Positions 1 through 7,252 of a DNA stretch of 17,097 bases are shown in pieces; the first letter of the stretch is position 1, and the number at the start of each line of letters is the position of its first letter. The position numbers and the translations under genes are program-made. Below the pieces are notes generated by a model. It worked only from the letters and a program-made list of their open reading frames with translations, did no database searches and was not told where the DNA came from. Source of the DNA: a virus; UHGV virus genome UHGV-1592266; one strand, written 5' to 3'.

Positions 1-723
1 ATCGTCAGTAACTGCCCACCATTTGTTTCTCGACCAATCGTAATACCCTTCGAAGGTATCGCACTCAGTCCAGCCGTAAGACTTACCCCAACACCAAACA
101 TACTGTTTATCGTTCGGCATTCGCTCACTACAGCTTATCCAACCATCCGGAGTTACCGGATAGTTGCCACCCTGAACAGTAGGCATATCCGGACCTTTGC
201 GAATCGCCCTGGCAAGATCGATTTGGTCGTCGTACAACCAGTCACCTGTTTGCGGATTATTTGCTTCTGCCAATTGTGCAGCCCACTCCAGGCCGTCTTT
301 GTGTCCTTGCAGATAGTCCAGCGGTAACTCATCACTATTACTTACAGGTTCGGCCTGAAGCATGGCGGCGCGATAGGCGGTCCAGCCGACAGCTTTTCCG
401 TGTTCAAACGCGCTGTCAAAGTCATCATCAATTTCCATCGCAGCGGGCACAGATACCGGCGCTGGCGGGGCGGTGTAGAGCGGCATTACCTCAATATTGA
501 AGATATCCCCCTCGCTTGGACACGCCTCTGCGCTACCGTAAACCCAAGGGTGAACGACTCCGTTACGCTTGTTGATTAATCTGTGCGCCCACGCCACAGG
601 CTCCGCTTCGAGCGATGCCAGCGCGATACGCGCCAGCGCCGAAGCCTCACCGCATTGAACGTGGTCAGTTTCGATAATTTGCTGTAACTGCTCTTTGGTG
701 AATTCTCTGGTAATAGTGCTCAT
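1..723 (-). CDS. ea-region protein with a DUF551-like Trp/Cys-rich C-terminal part; 3' end cut by the window edge
   Basis: Absent from the supplied track because no stop is reached. ATG at 723 follows GAGGA by 7 nt. My hand translation is open for all 241 codons down to position 1 (MSTITREFTKEQLQQIIETDH...GWISCSERMPNDKQYVWCWGKSYGWTECDTFEGYYDWSRNKWWAVTDD). The C-terminal pattern resembles DUF551 modules of lambdoid ea regions (from memory, unverified). Track ORFs 153..335 and 261..500 lie inside it in other frames. Confidence 0.7.
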   Translation of the reverse strand, partial: MSTITREFTKEQLQQIIETDHVQCGEASALARIALASLEAEPVAWAHRLINKRNGVVHPWVYGSAEACPSEGDIFNIEVMPLYTAPPAPVSVPAAMEIDDDFDSAFEHGKAVGWTAYRAAMLQAEPVSNSDELPLDYLQGHKDGLEWAAQLAEANNPQTGDWLYDDQIDLARAIRKGPDMPTVQGGNYPVTPDGWISCSERMPNDKQYVWCWGKSYGWTECDTFEGYYDWSRNKWWAVTDD

Positions 724-733
724 AGGTTAGTCC

Positions 734-910
734 TCAGTATCCAGAGTACGCGCGGAGTGATGCTATTCTCGCGGTGATATCATTGATGATTTCCTCCACT
801 ACCTCTGCGTGCTCATGTTCATCACGCAAGACATCAAGGGCGCTGTCTATTTCACGGAGCATATCCTGCTGCCATTCAATATCTTCTGATTCCGGGATTT
901 CGTATTTCAT
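734..910 (-). CDS. small acidic protein, 58 aa, unknown function
   Basis: Below the track cutoff, so hand-translated. ATG at 910 lies just downstream of GGGGAG. Product MKYEIPESEDIEWQQDMLREIDSALDVLRDEHEHAEVVEEIINDITARIASLRAYSGY, TGA at 734-736. It fills the gap between the 913..1257 ORF and the ATG at 723, with spacers of 2 and 10 nt. Confidence 0.6.
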   Translation of the reverse strand: MKYEIPESEDIEWQQDMLREIDSALDVLRDEHEHAEVVEEIINDITARIASLRAYSGY

Positions 911-912
911 GC

Positions 913-1257
913 TTACTCCCCTTTACCGGCTGCGGTGACGTTGATGCCAGCGTTATCACAGGCGATGCGGAATGCCGCTTGAAGTTCTCGCGCAACGTGT
1001 GGCACATAGCCGTCGAAGGTTGGCATTTCGACAGTCTTCTTTTCTGCGGCTTCCAGCTCATCCAGCAGCGCCAGCACGGTAGTGGGGTTTGCTGCGGAGT
1101 TCAGCGCGTTCAAGGCAGTGATATCTGCATCAAGCTGAGTTCCTTCTGCCAGTGAGATATCGAAAATGTCATCAGGCGGCATAACACTAAGGCGCTCATG
1201 TGCGCCAACTGCTGCCGCTGCGATTTCACGCAGCGCCTGTTTGTCGATGTTGCTCAT
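913..1257 (-). CDS. Ead/Ea22-like protein, short paralogue (114 aa)
   Basis: MSNIDKQALREIAAAA and TVLALLDELEAAEKK match the N-terminal module of ORF 1523..2590 ([29 protein letters not shown]). The start overlaps the upstream stop as ATGA. Confidence 0.75.
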   Translation of the reverse strand: MSNIDKQALREIAAAAVGAHERLSVMPPDDIFDISLAEGTQLDADITALNALNSAANPTTVLALLDELEAAEKKTVEMPTFDGYVPHVARELQAAFRIACDNAGINVTAAGKGE

Positions 1258-1526
1258 TGGGCGGTTCCTTCGTAACCGATGGCTTCTGCAATTTCAGCAA
1301 GTGTCTCTGCACTTTCACCCACTGGCTCATTCATCCAGTCGAAGGAAACAAGCTTACCGCCTTCGATAACGCCGATGTTGAAATCATCACTACCTTGTGT
1401 TTTCAGACCATGCTTGATTGCCTTATCGCGCTTATCGAAGTCAACGCCGTCTGTCGTGTATTCAACTCCATGGCCTTTCTCGTTGCACCACCAGTACTGC
1501 TGAATAACGATGTATGATTTGCTCAT
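1254..1526 (-). CDS. hypothetical protein, 90 aa
   Basis: Full-length track ORF. ATGA overlaps at both ends tie it into the operon. No family recognised. Confidence 0.65.
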   Translation of the reverse strand: MSKSYIVIQQYWWCNEKGHGVEYTTDGVDFDKRDKAIKHGLKTQGSDDFNIGVIEGGKLVSFDWMNEPVGESAETLAEIAEAIGYEGTAQ

Positions 1527-2590
1527 AGCGCGGCTCCCTGTCGTAACTGGTCGGCGAGTTCGAATTCACCATGGTTAGTAAATTCGCCTGCAAGTTTTTC
1601 TCTTAGCTTCATAACGGCTTCCTTTGCGCTTTCGATATCCTTATGGTGCCCTGCGCTGTACTTCTTCCCGTTAAATTGAACGCTTGCTACATATCGCTTA
1701 TCGCGCTTATTCCAATAGACCCCCTTGACACCAGTGGTGTTATTTTTCTGGGTTGGTTTGTTGAATTGATTCTGCGATAGAGAGCAAAGGCGCAGGTTTC
1801 TTATGCTGTTGTCTTTCTTGATGCCATTGATATGGTCGATAGGCTGGGAAGGCCATTCTCCGTAATGTAGAAGCCATGCTAGACGGTGAGCAAAGCACTT
1901 CTTGCCAAACAGCGAAAAGGCGTAATAGCCCTGCCAAGTTTGAGAGCCAATAATTGCTCCTTCCTGACGACCTGCAAAGTTGACTTTCGCGGTAAGAACT
2001 CCAGTTTCAGGGTTGTAGTCAATAAGGTCTCTGATATCGCCAACAGACATGAGCAGATTCTTATTAAGGATTTCAATTTCCTTCTGGAGTGGTTCAGATG
2101 CCTCACGCCTAACTTCAGCCAGGAAAGCATCGGTGGCTGGGGTTTTGTTATCTGACTCCAGCCACTGGTTGTAGTAATAATCGAACATGCCAGTAGGATA
2201 ACCACATCCGCCGTGCACGTGGTCTTTCATAGCAGAACCACACATGCAGTAGTCATTGTCAGTATTACTAATGATGTTGATAAGTTGCTGTGTCCGTTGC
2301 TTCAACATCGCATTCTCCGCCGCCAGCGCCGAAAACTTCTCGTGTGCCAACTTAACAGCTGCATCAGCCTGCTTAATTGACTCAGTCGCTTTCTGGTGGT
2401 CTTCGGCCAGCCCTGCTAAATCAGCCTCCAGTTCGGCTAGGCGTTCATTTAATGCATCTCGTTCATCCAGTAGAGCCAGCACAACCTGAGGTGTTACTTT
2501 CATACGAAATGCCAGCAATTTTTGAGGTGTTGCTACTGTTTCAATTGCTACTGCTGCCTCACGCAGTACCTGATAGTCAATCTTGCTCAC
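1523..2590 (-). CDS. Ea22-like N-terminal scaffold fused in frame to an HNH endonuclease plus AP2 DNA-binding module (355 aa)
   Basis: GTG start in a GTGA overlap with the upstream stop. Residues 1-165 are an Ea22-like coiled coil with CMCGSAMKDHVHGGCG. Residues ~185-335 read GYYAFSLFGKKCFAHRLAWLLHYGEWPSQPIDHINGIKKDNSIRNLRLCSLSQN (HNH_3 pattern), then TGVKGVYWNKRDKRYVASVQFNGKKYSAGHHKDIESAKEAVMKLREKL (AP2 pattern). The tail ELADQLRQGAAL matches the tail of paralogue 2587..3168. Confidence 0.85.
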   Translation of the reverse strand: MSKIDYQVLREAAVAIETVATPQKLLAFRMKVTPQVVLALLDERDALNERLAELEADLAGLAEDHQKATESIKQADAAVKLAHEKFSALAAENAMLKQRTQQLINIISNTDNDYCMCGSAMKDHVHGGCGYPTGMFDYYYNQWLESDNKTPATDAFLAEVRREASEPLQKEIEILNKNLLMSVGDIRDLIDYNPETGVLTAKVNFAGRQEGAIIGSQTWQGYYAFSLFGKKCFAHRLAWLLHYGEWPSQPIDHINGIKKDNSIRNLRLCSLSQNQFNKPTQKNNTTGVKGVYWNKRDKRYVASVQFNGKKYSAGHHKDIESAKEAVMKLREKLAGEFTNHGEFELADQLRQGAAL

Positions 2591-3168
2591 TGGTTGCCTC
2601 CTTTGCGAAGCTGGTCGGCGATATCTTCGAGAACGCCATCAGAGAATGAGCGGTCAAAATCGCCTTCCGGCGCATTAGCCATAAACTCAGTTGAGGTAAG
2701 AATCATCCGGGCAATATCCGCTGCGTTCTTCGCAGTATCATCAATAAAACCAGCATCCCAGGCAGCCAGCATTCTGTTCGCCACAAAGTAAGCGCCTTCC
2801 TTGCGTGCTTCAGTCTTCACTTCATCCCAAAAAGCGTCGGTGACTTGGGTTTGCGGCATCCTTCCGTCTATTGCGCAGATATACGCATCAGATAGTTCAC
2901 CCTGCTCGCCGTCAAACACGTAGCAACTCTGTACGATAAATTTATTCAGCCACGCATTCTCCACAGCCAGCGCCGCGCACTTGGCCTCAAGGTTATCAAT
3001 CGTGATTCCAGCAGAACGACACTCCCGCAACGCCGTTTCTAGTTTTGATTCAAGTTCACCGAACTTACGGACAAGATATTCAGCGTTTGTTTCGTTAACC
3101 TTTAAATCTCGGGGGATGCATTTACCTTTCAGAAAACCATCCATCTCAATTAGTGACATTTGTTTCAT
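2587..3168 (-). CDS. Ea22-like protein (193 aa from the ATG at 3168)
   Basis: I chose the ATG at 3168 ([11 protein letters not shown]) because it forms an ATGA overlap with the stop of 3165..3329 and has GGAG 9 nt upstream. [33 protein letters not shown] and [12 protein letters not shown] parallel EKFSALAAENAMLKQ, TDAFLAEVRREA and ELADQLRQGAAL of ORF 1523..2590. Confidence 0.75.
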   Translation of the reverse strand: MKQMSLIEMDGFLKGKCIPRDLKVNETNAEYLVRKFGELESKLETALRECRSAGITIDNLEAKCAALAVENAWLNKFIVQSCYVFDGEQGELSDAYICAIDGRMPQTQVTDAFWDEVKTEARKEGAYFVANRMLAAWDAGFIDDTAKNAADIARMILTSTEFMANAPEGDFDRSFSDGVLEDIADQLRKGGNQ

Positions 3169-3329
3169 TTCTTCCCACTCCGCCACATAGCATTCAGATA
3201 TTTGTTTTGATTCACTGATGGAAAAGAATTTCTCTTAAGCAATTCCTCTCTCGATGGCATTGGCTTTACGCGTTGGCGAATAATCATTTCTGCCGGAAGA
3301 ATGCCGGGATTGTATGCAAGTCCTCTCAT
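3165..3329 (-). CDS. small hypothetical protein, 54 aa
   Basis: Internal ATG at 3329 ([15 protein letters not shown]...) has GAGGAA 6 nt upstream and lies just after the stop of 3340..3636. The longer track start at 3362 would overlap that gene. Confidence 0.55.
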   Translation of the reverse strand: MRGLAYNPGILPAEMIIRQRVKPMPSREELLKRNSFPSVNQNKYLNAMWRSGKK

Positions 3330-3339
3330 GGTAAATTCC

Positions 3340-3636
3340 TCAGTCATTACTGATAGCGCCATAGCGTGAGCGGTAATTACGCAGGCGCGGGTCGATATAT
3401 TCAGGGAATTTGTCTATTGTCGCTTTTCGCAACGGTCTCATTGCTGTTTCGTTTGTTCGGTCCTTCTCATCTTTTAACGCGAGTTGTATATCGCGTCGGT
3501 ACATCCGTTCTGCTTTTGTTTCTGGTGGCAGATCGATAAACGTGTCGAAATTGTTTTTGATATTTTCCAGCACCTCCGCCTTGGAGCTACCGGAACAGCG
3601 GCGCGGGTCATCCGCACCATACATAGGCGCTGGCAT
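3340..3636 (-). CDS. abc2: Abc2-like protein (candidate anti-RecBCD protein of P22-type recombination modules), 98 aa
   Basis: [18 protein letters not shown]... and ...[12 protein letters not shown] match my memory of P22 Abc2. The position downstream of erf fits. The assignment is from memory only. Confidence 0.55.
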   Translation of the reverse strand: MPAPMYGADDPRRCSGSSKAEVLENIKNNFDTFIDLPPETKAERMYRRDIQLALKDEKDRTNETAMRPLRKATIDKFPEYIDPRLRNYRSRYGAISND

Positions 3637-3659
3637 AATGGAATCCTTATGTTGCTACT

Positions 3660-4043
3660 TTAGAAGGGAATTGAATCGTCGTATTCAGGATGATTTTGAT
3701 GATTGCTACTTTGCTGCTGTTGGCTGTTTCCTGAGGTTGCAAATCCAATCTTTGCATTCAGTAATTCAAGAGTGATTGATTGACCATTTTGCCCCTGATA
3801 AACATCAACCCTGATGTTTTCTCCGGTAATTTCCACAATGCCACCTTCAACAAGAACACTACGGTAGTAATCCGCTTGCGCTCCCGGCTTGGCAAATACA
3901 ACGGCGCTGTAGTTTGTCCATTCTTTCTTTTTTGTCTGGCGATCGTAATACTGAACGCCAGCACGGATGTTGAATCCGATATTTTCCCCGGCCTGAAACT
4001 CTCTTGCGGGCTTGTTTAGTCTTACAGTAATCGAATGTGCCAT
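3660..4043 (-). CDS. short phage single-stranded DNA-binding protein (127 aa)
   Basis: The internal ATG at 4043 (MAHSITVRLNK...) overlaps the erf stop as TAATG. A Q-rich linker and the C-terminal tip EYDDSIPF resemble the SSB acidic tail (DDDIPF). Confidence 0.75.
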   Translation of the reverse strand: MAHSITVRLNKPAREFQAGENIGFNIRAGVQYYDRQTKKKEWTNYSAVVFAKPGAQADYYRSVLVEGGIVEITGENIRVDVYQGQNGQSITLELLNAKIGFATSGNSQQQQSSNHQNHPEYDDSIPF

Positions 4044-4648
4044 TAAGCAGCCGCTCCTTCTAATTCGTCTCGTCTGATGTTGTAAACGTCCTGCGCTTTG
4101 TGCTGCTCCGGTGTTCCTTCGAGCATCTTCCACGCTTTGGCGAACGCCTGTTTAAGCTCTTCCACGGTGTTTTTCTGCATTGCTGCGTCAGTGAATGCTT
4201 TTAGAACCTGTTCAGGTGTAGGTGATGGTTTTGATTGCTTTGCTACTGCGTTCTGCTGATGTTTATGCTCGTCTGTATCTGCATCTTTCGCATCATCAAT
4301 GCCGAACAAACCATTGAGGCAATACTTGCGTGCATAAGAGCTTGTAGCTCCCGTAACTTGTGCAGAATCCATCCCTTTCTTGCTTTCTTCCTCTCGTGCA
4401 AGAGCGGTTGCCGTATGACTGTTTTCGCCATCGGTAATAGTTGCCGTGGCTTTCACGTAATACCGATCACCAATCAACACAACTTCATCGCTGATTGATA
4501 AAAACAGGCCATTCAGTAACGGCTTAACGCCTTCAAGAATGTCTTCGCAGCTTCTGTATTTATATTTTCCGAATGAGTTGTACTGATTCTTTGGCGCGTT
4601 CAGATTCTCCTGAATAGCTGCCAGTCTTGCGTAAAATTCTTTGCTCAT
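4043..4648 (-). CDS. erf: Erf-family single-strand annealing recombinase
   Basis: From the ATG at 4648: MSKEFYARLAAIQENLNAPKNQYNSFGKYKYRSCEDILEGVKPLL...VTGATSSYARKYCLNGLFGIDD. This is near-identical to my memory of P22 Erf. Confidence 0.9.
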   Translation of the reverse strand: MSKEFYARLAAIQENLNAPKNQYNSFGKYKYRSCEDILEGVKPLLNGLFLSISDEVVLIGDRYYVKATATITDGENSHTATALAREEESKKGMDSAQVTGATSSYARKYCLNGLFGIDDAKDADTDEHKHQQNAVAKQSKPSPTPEQVLKAFTDAAMQKNTVEELKQAFAKAWKMLEGTPEQHKAQDVYNIRRDELEGAAA

Positions 4649-4658
4649 ATGATTGTTC

Positions 4659-4829
4659 TCAGAATGGACATTCCCCAAGGAAATAACGCTGATTTAATAC
4701 TTCGACTCGGGACAAATTAAGGCATACCCGCATTCCTTCGCGGTCGCCATTATGGCGATACCAGAGAGCTTTCTGCGTGTACATGCGTCTCTGTAACTTG
4801 CTCTCCTTCACTGTGGTTGCAAGTGACAT
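4659..4829 (-). CDS. small basic protein, 56 aa, at the arf position upstream of erf
   Basis: Hand-translated: AAGGAG lies 6 nt before the ATG at 4829. Product MSLATTVKESKLQRRMYTQKALWYRHNGDREGMRVCLNLSRVEVLNQRYFLGECPF, TGA at 4659-4661, 10 nt before the erf start. Confidence 0.55.
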   Translation of the reverse strand: MSLATTVKESKLQRRMYTQKALWYRHNGDREGMRVCLNLSRVEVLNQRYFLGECPF

Positions 4830-4908
4830 GAATATCTCCTTCGTTACCGATTAATTCTTTCATCTGACGAATGAATTCTTCGTCTGACCAGTTATCTGTA
4901 AAACTCAT
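4750..4908 (-). CDS. small acidic ORF, 52 aa, ATGA-coupled to kil; overlaps 4659..4829 by 80 nt in another frame
   Basis: Hand-translated: the ATG at 4908 overlaps the kil stop (ATGA). Product MSFTDNWSDEEFIRQMKELIGNEGDIHVTCNHSEGEQVTETHVHAESSLVSP. The long overlap makes it doubtful that both ORFs are translated in full. Confidence 0.4.
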   Translation of the reverse strand: MSFTDNWSDEEFIRQMKELIGNEGDIHVTCNHSEGEQVTETHVHAESSLVSP

Positions 4909-5057
4909 TTCCTGCGATACCACGGAAGGTTGATAGCTGATTTCATCGCTTTATTTGCTTCAAGCCACATTTTTGAATCACCAATAAATCTGGCTATTAC
5001 TGCTTTGTTCTGTGCAGCACGAAGCATCTGGTGATTGATGGCTATTTCATTGCGCAT
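4905..5057 (-). CDS. kil: Kil-like host cell-division inhibitor, 50 aa
   Basis: Hand-translated: MRNEIAINHQMLRAAQNKAVIARFIGDSKMWLEANKAMKSAINLPWYRRK. The IARFIGDSKMWLEA core resembles lambda Kil (IATFIGDEKMFREA, from memory). The position directly after cIII matches lambda and P22. Confidence 0.6.
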   Translation of the reverse strand: MRNEIAINHQMLRAAQNKAVIARFIGDSKMWLEANKAMKSAINLPWYRRK

Positions 5058-5173
5058 AATAAGACCTCAACTCTTTTCCATCCGTCACGTAATTTACGGG
5101 TGATTCGTTCAAGTAAAGATTCATTTAATTGGAAGGCACCCATGCGAGCGCCTCCCGCGATTGCGTAAATCAT
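5042..5173 (-). CDS. cIII: CIII-like inhibitor of FtsH (43 aa)
   Basis: Hand-translated from the ATG at 5173 (AAGGA upstream): MIYAIAGGARMGAFQLNESLLERITRKLRDGWKRVEVLLCAMK. The ESLLERITRKLRDGWKR core equals the lambda CIII amphipathic helix. Confidence 0.85.
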   Translation of the reverse strand: MIYAIAGGARMGAFQLNESLLERITRKLRDGWKRVEVLLCAMK

Positions 5174-5197
5174 GGGTGGTTCCTTATGTTGGTTTTA

Positions 5198-6166
5198 TTA
5201 GTAGGTTATTTTTGTTGCGAATACTTCGCCTTTTACGATGGCTGTTATGATATTTTTAGCAACATCTTCTGATGCACCAACCTTGATAAGGTCAGCAAGT
5301 ATTTTGTTATTTACTTCTTTCCGGTGAGCTTTATCCTTTGCTCTACGCTCTTCTTCGTCCTTGATTCTTTTTTCTTCTGCTATTCTGGCTTGCTCTTTTG
5401 CTTCAGCCTCGCGCCGGATTCGTTCAGCCTCCTCCTGTGCTTTTCGGCGTTCTGCTTCAATTGCCGCCTGCTTTTCTCTTTCAGCTCGTTCTGCTGCCTC
5501 TTTTGCTTCGCGCTGTGCTCGTTGCTCGGCTTCAATGCGTTCACGCTCTGCACGTTCCGCTGCGGCCTTAGCTTCTGCTTCTCGCCTTGCTGCTGCTTCA
5601 ATTTCGGCTTTTGCCTTTGCTTCGGCTTCTGCTCTGGCTTTCTCTTCAGCTTCTCTTTTTAAGCGTTCTTCATGCTCTCGCTTTTCCTGCTCCGCTTTGA
5701 GTCTTGCCTCTTCTCTTTGGCGGTCAAATTCGCGATCCATCAAAATAGCTATTTCATGGTCAGACTCAATTTGCTTTGCGAGAGCTTCAGCTGCTGCCTT
5801 AGCTTCTTCTTCGGCTTTAATCCGCGCCTGTTCTTCCTCATAATCAGTAAGAGGCTGGCGCGCCTTGGCTTTCAGCTCATCAAGGCGATCACGCACTGTC
5901 TTGCGGTTGGCATCAATTAGCTTTGGAATTTCCTTCAGTTCAGCAACAAGGTCTTTGCCAAGACCATCGAGATATGTTTTCGTCTGCGCAACTTTATACG
6001 CCAGAGAAGCGATCTCCTTTCTGCCCTTTGCCGTTGTGATATCAGGCACAAAGGACATAACTTCACGTTCAACCTTTTGAAGGATTTCTTCAATCTGGTC
6101 GGCAGACTGAAATACAGTCATTGCATTTGCTTTTTCAATAACAACTAAATCTGTTACTTCACTCAT
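5198..6166 (-). CDS. 322-aa protein: globular N-terminal ~120 aa (possibly DUF1351-like), ~170-residue E/A/K/R-rich helix, small C-terminal domain
   Basis: I chose the ATG at 6166 (MSEVTDLVVIEK...) with GGAGGA 4 nt upstream. The longer track start at 6220 would read through the terminator hairpin at 6186..6207. Residues ~125-300 are almost entirely E, A, K and R. Confidence 0.8.
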   Translation of the reverse strand: MSEVTDLVVIEKANAMTVFQSADQIEEILQKVEREVMSFVPDITTAKGRKEIASLAYKVAQTKTYLDGLGKDLVAELKEIPKLIDANRKTVRDRLDELKAKARQPLTDYEEEQARIKAEEEAKAAAEALAKQIESDHEIAILMDREFDRQREEARLKAEQEKREHEERLKREAEEKARAEAEAKAKAEIEAAARREAEAKAAAERAERERIEAEQRAQREAKEAAERAEREKQAAIEAERRKAQEEAERIRREAEAKEQARIAEEKRIKDEEERRAKDKAHRKEVNNKILADLIKVGASEDVAKNIITAIVKGEVFATKITY

Positions 6167-6178
6167 ATATCCTCCGTC

Positions 6179-6207
6179 AAAAAAATTGCCCTCACACTGG
6201 AGGGCAA
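6179..6207 (-). terminator. intrinsic terminator inside the pL operon
   Basis: The minus strand reads TTGCCCTC-CAGTGT-GAGGGCAA followed by TTTTTTT: an 8-bp GC-rich stem (6186-6193 / 6200-6207) and a U-tract (6179-6185). Confidence 0.75.
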
Positions 6208-6298
6208 AGAAGATTTCCAATAATCAGAACAAGTCGGCTCCTGTTTAGTTACGAGCGACATTGCTCACATAGCAGACTCGCAAATCTGCTATAGGTGC

Positions 6299-6460
6299 TT
6301 ATTCGCATCGCATGACAACATCAAATTTTTCGAGATTACTTTGTCGCAACAATCCCTCTTCTACGCGGTCAGCTTTTCTATAATTATCAAATTCGAAATG
6401 TTTAATTACTTCTTTCGTTTCTCGCTCTATAACTTCAACAATGTATTTCTTATTCATCAT
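6299..6460 (-). CDS. small hypothetical protein, 53 aa
   Basis: The ATG at 6460 (MMNKKYIVEVIERETKEVIKHFEFDNYRK...) forms an ATGA overlap with the stop of 6457..6735 and follows GGGGGAAG. The longer track start is embedded in the upstream gene. Confidence 0.6.
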   Translation of the reverse strand: MMNKKYIVEVIERETKEVIKHFEFDNYRKADRVEEGLLRQSNLEKFDVVMRCE

Positions 6461-6735
6461 TCTTCCCCCAGGGCCTTGCTGATGGCTGCCTTGGCTCGTT
6501 TGTATTCGGTTAACTCTCTGCACCCTTCGTCATGCTCGTAAAGGAAGACAAGCTCTTGCAGTGCTTCAAGCAAATCAGGAGCTGCTGCTATCAGTAGCGC
6601 ATCCTCCCTTTCATTTCTTGTTGCTGCTTCAATGTATGTGTCACCAATCGTCACACCATGGAACGTAGTCATCATCTCGTTGACGTTTCTAACCGTGTAC
6701 TTCCATTTACCAGGCGTACCCTTAAACTCTTTCAT
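6457..6735 (-). CDS. small protein resembling an Ea22 C-terminal domain (92 aa); paralogue of 7256..7507
   Basis: ATG at 6735 (MKEFKGTPGKWKY...) follows GAGGTG. It shares AAPDLLEALQ and KA..AISKALGEE with ORF 7256..7507. Confidence 0.75.
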   Translation of the reverse strand: MKEFKGTPGKWKYTVRNVNEMMTTFHGVTIGDTYIEAATRNEREDALLIAAAPDLLEALQELVFLYEHDEGCRELTEYKRAKAAISKALGEE

Positions 6736-6738
6736 ATC

Positions 6739-6783
6739 CACCTCTGTTGTTTATGCCAAAAATAAAGGCCGACTATGCGGCCT
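6739..6783 (-). repeat. copy A of a directly repeated ~45-bp linker (terminator plus RBS)
   Basis: The plus strand reads cacctctgt..ttatgccaaaaataaaggccgactatgcggcct. The 33-nt stretch 6751..6783 is identical to 7525..7557, and cacctctgt (6739-6747) is identical to 7512-7520. Confidence 0.9.
6753..6783 (-). terminator. intrinsic terminator (inside linker copy A)
   Basis: The minus strand reads AGGCCG-CATAGT-CGGCCT followed by TTATTTTTGG. The hairpin overlaps the TAG stop of ORF 6782..7252. Confidence 0.7.
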
Positions 6784-7252
6784 AGTAGAATACCCAATTT
6801 TCTGTTTCTTGGTTGTGTCCAAAGTTATATTCAATATCTGGTGTTGATGTATCAATATTCTTCATCCCATCAACAAGAGTTGATACAACAGCCAAATCTT
6901 GTTTGATTCTCATCAAATGGTATTTCTTCCGGCGCAATAAACTTTCAATGGCAAGTTTCTTCGTCGGGAACGCAAAAGATCTTTCTGCATTTTTTGCTAC
7001 TTTCTTAATTGCATATCTATTTCTCCTTTGTTTCCATTCCTGTAACCACTGATTTGGTGCTGGTTTAAAATTAACAATCCAATGCGCAGGAACCAACCAT
7101 GCATAATGCTCTGTCTGATGAAAAGCTATATATTGAAGTGCGAATATTTTGATTCCATCTTCTTCAACTGTCGCTTGGAATCTCCAGAAAACAGGCATTC
7201 CATCATGTTCAGTTTCTGATTCAGGAAAAGGTACGCTCCATGATTTTGTCAT
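6782..7252 (-). CDS. hypothetical protein, 156 aa, AT-rich orphan
   Basis: Full-length track ORF lying between the two linker copies. It has a Trp/His-rich N-terminal half and a basic middle (KQRRNRYAIKKVAKN, LLRRKKYHLMRIK). No family recognised. Confidence 0.7.
   Translation of the reverse strand: MTKSWSVPFPESETEHDGMPVFWRFQATVEEDGIKIFALQYIAFHQTEHYAWLVPAHWIVNFKPAPNQWLQEWKQRRNRYAIKKVAKNAERSFAFPTKKLAIESLLRRKKYHLMRIKQDLAVVSTLVDGMKNIDTSTPDIEYNFGHNQETENWVFY

Noticed and set aside
5324-5843. Long plus-strand ORFs (112 aa and 160 aa, Ser/Phe/Cys/Leu/Ala-rich) and a 73-aa minus-strand ORF in another frame (5380..5601)
   Set aside because: They are mirror or frame artefacts of the GAA/GCA/AAA/CGN-rich repeat that encodes the E/A/K/R helix of ORF 5198..6166. 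They have no SD, their composition is implausible, and they are fully embedded in a convincing gene.
6167-6220. Longer start (MEIFFALQCEGNFFDGGY...) for the 322-aa gene
   Set aside because: The extension would be translated through the terminator hairpin at 6186..6207 and lacks an SD. The ATG at 6166 has GGAGGA just upstream.
6269-6292. 8-bp hairpin ATAGCAGA-N8-TCTGCTAT, considered as a further terminator
   Set aside because: No U-tract follows on either strand. It may be an RNA processing or stability element, but the sequence alone does not support calling it a terminator.
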